From Promethearchaeota archaeon (GTDB lineage Archaea > Asgardarchaeota > Lokiarchaeia > Sigyniarchaeales > SOKP01), in contig JAUWGH010000003.1 in assembly GCA_030606485.1 (NCBI GenBank), forward strand, positions 60,001-92,000: a stretch of DNA of 32,000 nucleotides. The letters run 5' to 3'. Made by a program: the position numbers and the translations under genes. The notes under the pieces are model-generated. The model saw only the letters and a program-made list of their open reading frames with translations. It was not told the origin of the DNA and did not search any database. This document shows positions 27,217 through 32,000 of the stretch, in pieces (positions within the stretch are counted from its first letter, which is position 1; each line of letters starts with the position of its first letter).

Positions 27217-28617
27217 ATGGCATTTAAAGATAAGAGAAGATTATTAGGGGAACATCTTACATCTACAGAAATTTTTGAGGAATTGATTTTTCCTGAAATA
27301 AAAAATGATTTAAATAATTTTTTATGGATGGATCTTTATGCTGGAGAGGGAAATCTGATTTTCCCAATATTAAATCATCTTCCTAAAGAGGAAAGAATTG
27401 ATTTTTTTAAAGACCATATATTTTTATCGGATATTCAGGAAAAAATGGTTCATAAGTGCATTAAAACTGCTAAAAATTATGGAATTAAAGAAAAAATAAC
27501 TAAACAAAATATTCAATTACGTGATAATTTAAAGACTTTCCCTACTTTTTTAAAAAAATTCAAATATCCTGTGTATCATATTACAAATCCCCCCTATTTA
27601 TATTTAGGATACATCCGAAAGCATAAAGAAACGCAAAAATACTTATCCTATTTCGATAATAAAAATAAGGGGTATCAAGATTTATATCAAATTGCTATGA
27701 TTAATGATTTGAGAAATAAACTTGAAAATTTGATATATATTATCCCGTCTAATTTTTTATTTGGTGCATCAGTATCCAATAAGATTCGAGAAGATTTCCT
27801 AAAATACTACCATATCAAAAGAGTTGTTATCTTCGAAAAAAAGATCTTCGAATTTACTGGGACAAATATATGCTTATGTTTTTTTGAAAGAAAGGAGATC
27901 CCATCAATTGAAATTCAAGAATTTAATGGAATAAAAGTTAAAAAAGAAAACAAGATTTTAGAAAAAACTTATCTTTTAAAACCCAAATTTAAATACAGAG
28001 CAGGCTCAGTATTTGAAGAATTTCTCAAAAATCATCGCGCTGATAATCCATTACACATTAGATATTACTTATTAATGGAGGAAGTATCAAAAAACAACGG
28101 GATTATTAAAATTAACGTAATTGATGCAAATAATTATCAAAATAATGAATATAAAAAATTAACACTTGAAGTTAATGAAGTATTAGAAAAAAAAATCAAA
28201 TCGAATATATTATTTATTCGAACAGTGGATTCAGGTTCGGAGGAGGGAAGAGTAGGGATTAATATAATTAAAAATGAATTTAATGTTGACGGGATTCTTG
28301 TTTCAGGTAATACATATAGGACACATCCAATTCAAATTTTTTTCTCGCCACAACTCTCAGTAGAAAATCAGAAATTATTAAAAAATTATTTTAATCTTAT
28401 ATTAGAACACTTTCGAGAAAAACTTGATAGTGAATTTTTGACAACTTATAAGTATTCTAATTCGAAATACACGAGAAAGTATTTAGGGCTCACACAAGTA
28501 AAAGGTTTAATTGAAACTTTTCCTATTTTAGATTTTAATGAAGAACAGTTCGAAAATATTAAAAATTTAATTCGAAAAAGGAATGTAAATGATATCTTGA
28601 ATTGTTTAAAGAATTAA
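27217..28617 (+). CDS. N6-adenine DNA methyltransferase (gamma-type motif order)
   Basis: LGEHLT (motif X), DLYAGEGNL (motif I), ITNPPY (motif IV), YIIPSNFL, and a long C-terminal putative target-recognition region. Confidence 0.88.
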   Translation: MAFKDKRRLLGEHLTSTEIFEELIFPEIKNDLNNFLWMDLYAGEGNLIFPILNHLPKEERIDFFKDHIFLSDIQEKMVHKCIKTAKNYGIKEKITKQNIQLRDNLKTFPTFLKKFKYPVYHITNPPYLYLGYIRKHKETQKYLSYFDNKNKGYQDLYQIAMINDLRNKLENLIYIIPSNFLFGASVSNKIREDFLKYYHIKRVVIFEKKIFEFTGTNICLCFFERKEIPSIEIQEFNGIKVKKENKILEKTYLLKPKFKYRAGSVFEEFLKNHRADNPLHIRYYLLMEEVSKNNGIIKINVIDANNYQNNEYKKLTLEVNEVLEKKIKSNILFIRTVDSGSEEGRVGINIIKNEFNVDGILVSGNTYRTHPIQIFFSPQLSVENQKLLKNYFNLILEHFREKLDSEFLTTYKYSNSKYTRKYLGLTQVKGLIETFPILDFNEEQFENIKNLIRKRNVNDILNCLKN

Positions 28618-30044
28618 TTACCTTTATTAAAATTCTTATTTAATTCTTGAAGGAATGGAAGGAATTCTTTTGGTTGCCCAAATACTGGAATTTTTTTTAT
28701 TCTTAATTTTTTAATAGTATCGTATCTTATTTCAGGAAAATCTACACGCTGAATTATAATAAAAATAGGTTTATGATATTTTTGACCTGTACTTAATGCA
28801 TTTAATAAATTTTCTTCCCAGTTAATATATTTAAGGAATCTAAAACGGGGATCAAAATATAATGCGGGGATATCAAAAATCATTGCATCTATTTTTTTAT
28901 CAGATAAAGCAATTTCAAAAATTTTTGTTAAGGTTTTCATATCATAAAATTGAGCAGCAAAATCAATTGGGTTTCTTGGACTGGTACCTCTCATATAAAA
29001 TAATTTATCTATTTTTTTTTGAATATCATCATTAAATTTGGGAACATTTAAGCCATATTTTTCAACTAAATCAGTAAGCATCACCCCATATCCGCCAGAT
29101 ATGGATACAATAACAAAGTTTTTAGCTTTAAAAGTACCATAATAGTCTAAAATTAAAGCGCCACATAATAATTCTGTGAGAGTTTCAACTTGAATAACTC
29201 CAAATTGTTTAAATAACGCATCCCAAATTTCATTTTTTCCCGTAAGAGCTGCTGTATGTGTCTTTGCAGCTATTTGACCAGTATTTGAAACGCCTCCCTT
29301 TAATAATATAATAGGTTTTTTATTTTTTTCTAAAACTTTTCTTAAGACTTTACCCCTTCCTTCTTTTATGCCTTCCAAATACACAATAATATAATCTGTT
29401 TCATTATCCTGAGATAAATGAGCTAAAAGATCCACAAAATCAAGATCTGCTCCATTTCCGAAAGAAAACACTTTAGAAAAAGTTAAACCTAATTCCTTTG
29501 CCATAAATATTGCGAGATTGGCAAGTCCGCCTGATTGGCAGATCAATCCAATTCGACCTGGTTTACTTGGAAACCCTATGCGCCAAGCTATTCCTTTTTT
29601 GGGATAAGTAATTCCCATTCCATTTGGTCCCAAAATCCTGAGTTTATTTTGTGCATGTTTAATTAACTCTTTTTCCAATTGGATTCCTTCTTCCGTTCCC
29701 GAGTCTGAGAAGTCCGAGGTAAAAATACTTACTAATTTAACACCCTTTTCTACGCAATCATCAATCACTTTTAAGATCTGTTCTTTTGCAACTGCGATAA
29801 ATGCAAAATCGATTGGTTCTGGTATATCTTTAATTGAATTAAATATTTTTCCTTGAGTACCATCGTCAAACCCTGGAATTTTTTTAAGATTTGGATTAAT
29901 TGCAAAAATCTTTCCATCAAAATTCTCTTGATGTGCTTTAAGAAAAAAGTAGTTTCGACTTTTTGAAACTCCAATAATTGCTATGTTTTGTATTTCAGAT
30001 AAAAATGAAATATCTTTAATTTCTGGAAGATTATCATTAAACAT
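28614..30044 (-). CDS. CoA-binding protein, ADP-forming acyl-CoA synthetase (ACD) alpha-subunit-like
   Basis: IAIIGVS, ILGPNGMG, QSGG, FSFGN.ADLDF, YLEG, LKGG...G..AAKTHTAAL (phospho-His), ISGG.GV..TD, PRNPID. No ATP-grasp domain. Confidence 0.88.
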   Translation of the reverse strand: MFNDNLPEIKDISFLSEIQNIAIIGVSKSRNYFFLKAHQENFDGKIFAINPNLKKIPGFDDGTQGKIFNSIKDIPEPIDFAFIAVAKEQILKVIDDCVEKGVKLVSIFTSDFSDSGTEEGIQLEKELIKHAQNKLRILGPNGMGITYPKKGIAWRIGFPSKPGRIGLICQSGGLANLAIFMAKELGLTFSKVFSFGNGADLDFVDLLAHLSQDNETDYIIVYLEGIKEGRGKVLRKVLEKNKKPIILLKGGVSNTGQIAAKTHTAALTGKNEIWDALFKQFGVIQVETLTELLCGALILDYYGTFKAKNFVIVSISGGYGVMLTDLVEKYGLNVPKFNDDIQKKIDKLFYMRGTSPRNPIDFAAQFYDMKTLTKIFEIALSDKKIDAMIFDIPALYFDPRFRFLKYINWEENLLNALSTGQKYHKPIFIIIQRVDFPEIRYDTIKKLRIKKIPVFGQPKEFLPFLQELNKNFNKGN

Positions 30045-30234
30045 ATATGATTAACTAAGAAAGAAACTTAATAAAATTTATAAAAAAAAAGTAATTTACC
30101 TAAACGCTATAATATAAAATAGACAATAAATTTTATTAGTAAATTATATCTATTTATTATTTCTTATTAGAATTAAAAATTTATTTGGCGTTTTATTTTA
30201 AAATAATAGAAGATTCAAAAATGAGATTTTAAAA

Positions 30235-31218
30235 ATGATAACACCAAAAAAGATTAAAGAAGTTTTAGAACACAATTGTATTAACCTTAGATTCCATGCA
30301 CGCGGAGGACAAGGAGGTGTAACTGCTTCAAACTTATGCGTAGAAGCATTTTACGGTTATGGAATTTGCCAGCCTCGTTTTGGAGCTGAAAGAATGGGCA
30401 GTCCAACTGAAAGTTATGTGCGGTTAAGTTTAAGCAAGGAGTTGATTAGGTCAAATGAACAAGTCTACGCTCCTCATTTTGTAGCCATTTTGGATGAATC
30501 CCTAATGTGGGAGATTAATGTAACTGAGGGACTCCCAAAAGGTGGATGGATAATCATTAATACAGATATGAATCAATTAGAAATTCAAGAATTAATTGAG
30601 AGAAAAGATCTAAATATTGCTACAATTCCCGCTACTACAATTGCTTTAGATGTTTTTGGAAGAAATATTACTAATACTATAATTCTTGGTGCATTAATTA
30701 GAGTTTCTCAACTTTTCTCATTGGAAGAATTATCGAATGCCATCCAAAATAGATTTAAGGGCTCGATTATCGAAAAAAATATTAAAGCTATAAAACAAGC
30801 AATAGATGCAACTTGTGTATATGAAGTAGAAGATGAGATAGATTTCACTGTGGATACTAAAGTAGCTTGGACACAAATTGATCCATTTCTACCTGGATAT
30901 GAGGAATTAGATAAAGCGGGTGTATGGTATTGCGATGAAGATGTTATTTCTTATGGTAGTAAACAGGTAAAAACCGGTTCTTGGGGTGAATATGATATAA
31001 TATGGGATAAAGAAACTTGTACTGATTGCGCTCAATGTTGGTATATTTGTCCTGACTTCGCTATTCTAAGAGAGAAAGGTGAGGATGAATTATGGCACAT
31101 GACGGGGGTTGATCAATTTCATTGTAAATCGTGTTTAAATTGTGTGAATATTTGCCCAGTAAATGCCCTATCAAAAAAATTAAAACAAAGACCCGGCACA
31201 TGTGCCGTGGAGGAATAA
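30235..31218 (+). CDS. 2-oxoacid:ferredoxin oxidoreductase gamma subunit fused to delta (2x[4Fe-4S]) subunit
   Basis: RFHARGGQGG, FGAER.GSP, NT.ILGAL (gamma). CTDCAQCWYICPD and CKSCLNCVNICP (delta). Confidence 0.9.
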   Translation: MITPKKIKEVLEHNCINLRFHARGGQGGVTASNLCVEAFYGYGICQPRFGAERMGSPTESYVRLSLSKELIRSNEQVYAPHFVAILDESLMWEINVTEGLPKGGWIIINTDMNQLEIQELIERKDLNIATIPATTIALDVFGRNITNTIILGALIRVSQLFSLEELSNAIQNRFKGSIIEKNIKAIKQAIDATCVYEVEDEIDFTVDTKVAWTQIDPFLPGYEELDKAGVWYCDEDVISYGSKQVKTGSWGEYDIIWDKETCTDCAQCWYICPDFAILREKGEDELWHMTGVDQFHCKSCLNCVNICPVNALSKKLKQRPGTCAVEE

Positions 31219-31220
31219 TT

Positions 31221-31227
31221 GGAGGTG
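31221..31227 (+). promoter_or_regulatory. Shine-Dalgarno GGAGGTG for the alpha-subunit gene
   Basis: 8 nt upstream of the ATG at 31236. Confidence 0.7.
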
Positions 31228-31235
31228 AAAATTAA

Positions 31236-32000
31236 ATGTCAATAGAACCAATGAGAATATTTTTTAAGGAAATTAAAGAACCTATTGAGACTACAATGAT
31301 TGGAAATTATGCTGTCGCTGGCGGAATAACACAAACTGACCCAGATGTGATATGTGCATTTCCAATTACGCCACAAACTCAATCAGTTGAAGGATTATCC
31401 GACGTTGTGCATCAGGGTAGATTAAAGGCAGCTTTCATTAATGTTGAATCAGAATTGGCGGCTATGAGTTATTCTACAGCAGCATGTGCTGCAGGAGCAA
31501 GAACATTTACTGCAACCGCTTCTCAAGGCTATTTATTAATGGCGGAGGCTTTACCTATGGCAGTTGGTTGGCGTGTTCCATTAACTATGATGATTTCAGC
31601 CAGAGCTTTTAACGCTCCGAATTTATCAATTTGGAACTCTTGGGAATTTGTTTTAATTGATTTTGGTTGGAATTGTATCGTCTCTGAAAATGTTCAAGAG
31701 ACTTATGATTCTGCTATTTTATCCGTGATGATTTCAGACACCTCATTATTTCCCACAATGTTTGTTCATGATGGTTTCATTATATCTCATTCAGTTCAAC
31801 AATTAACATTAATTCCTGATGAGACTGTCCGGAATTTGACTCCGAAAAAACCAAGGCATCAAATTGATCCAGAACATCCAGGAACATGGGGCGGGATTGT
31901 GACTCCTAGCTATTTTATGGAAGGTAGAATGAGATTAGATGTGGATAAAAAGCCAGTTTTAAATCATATTAAAAACGTTTTTGAACGCTTTAAAAAAGCA
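31236..32000 (+). CDS. porA: 2-oxoacid:ferredoxin oxidoreductase alpha subunit, 3'-truncated by the window edge (absent from the ORF track)
   Basis: My translation is open to the window end: MSIEPMR...GNYAVA...AFPITPQT...VESELAAMS...GARTFTATASQG...SARA...DGFIISH. Confidence 0.9.
   Translation, partial: MSIEPMRIFFKEIKEPIETTMIGNYAVAGGITQTDPDVICAFPITPQTQSVEGLSDVVHQGRLKAAFINVESELAAMSYSTAACAAGARTFTATASQGYLLMAEALPMAVGWRVPLTMMISARAFNAPNLSIWNSWEFVLIDFGWNCIVSENVQETYDSAILSVMISDTSLFPTMFVHDGFIISHSVQQLTLIPDETVRNLTPKKPRHQIDPEHPGTWGGIVTPSYFMEGRMRLDVDKKPVLNHIKNVFERFKKA

Noticed and set aside
192-29974. Short ORF-track entries overlapping longer genes (e.g. 192-383, 1492-1725, 2215-2439, 2987-3337, 6465-6773, 9748-10030, 10602-10787, 11996-12521, 12804-13025, 13472-13663, 15706-16848 minus-strand entries, 19480-19710, 20957-21184, 21981-23216, 24519-24758, 25950-26351, 26945-27182, 29771-29974)
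   Set aside because: They are antisense or alternate-frame shadows of well-supported genes, with no motifs.
1-32000. CRISPR arrays, tRNA/rRNA genes, transposases, and selenocysteine read-through of TGA-ending ORFs
   Set aside because: No regularly spaced repeats, no cloverleaf or T-loop motifs and no transposase motifs were seen. The TGA-terminated proteins already appear full-length for their families.

Overview
A very AT-rich, gene-dense chromosomal window that most likely comes from an Asgard archaeon (Lokiarchaeia/Promethearchaeota-like). This is an inference from two Rab-like small GTPases, a longin-like protein, a 7-PAS histidine kinase, oligo-T terminators and TATA-type promoters. Gene content from left to right: a 5'-truncated N4/N6 DNA methyltransferase, a ~10-TM membrane protein, glycerate kinase, an unannotated 53-aa ORF, a longin-like gene head-to-head with a GTPase-coiled-coil fusion and a coiled-coil protein, an Fe-S protein, and an MgtC/DUF4010 protein. 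Next comes a sugar-metabolism neighbourhood (LsrF-type thiolase, SDR, Zn-dehydrogenase, RhaB-like kinase, FucA-like aldolase) containing a HEPN-MNT toxin-antitoxin pair. The rest is a GH-like TIM barrel, a stand-alone reductive dehalogenase, a second Rab-like GTPase, the PAS kinase, a 12-TM protein + EEP phosphohydrolase pair that looks like a split Cwh43/PGAP2IP, an N6-adenine methyltransferase, an ADP-forming acyl-CoA synthetase alpha subunit and a 2-oxoacid:ferredoxin oxidoreductase operon truncated at the right edge. I saw no tRNA, rRNA, CRISPR array or transposase. Best leads: (1) the Cwh43/PGAP2IP-like lipid-remodelling pair, (2) the longin / GTPase / coiled-coil module, (3) a possible AI-2-independent LsrF pathway for 5-deoxypentulose phosphate. 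All family calls come from motifs read by eye and recalled reference sequences; no searches were run.
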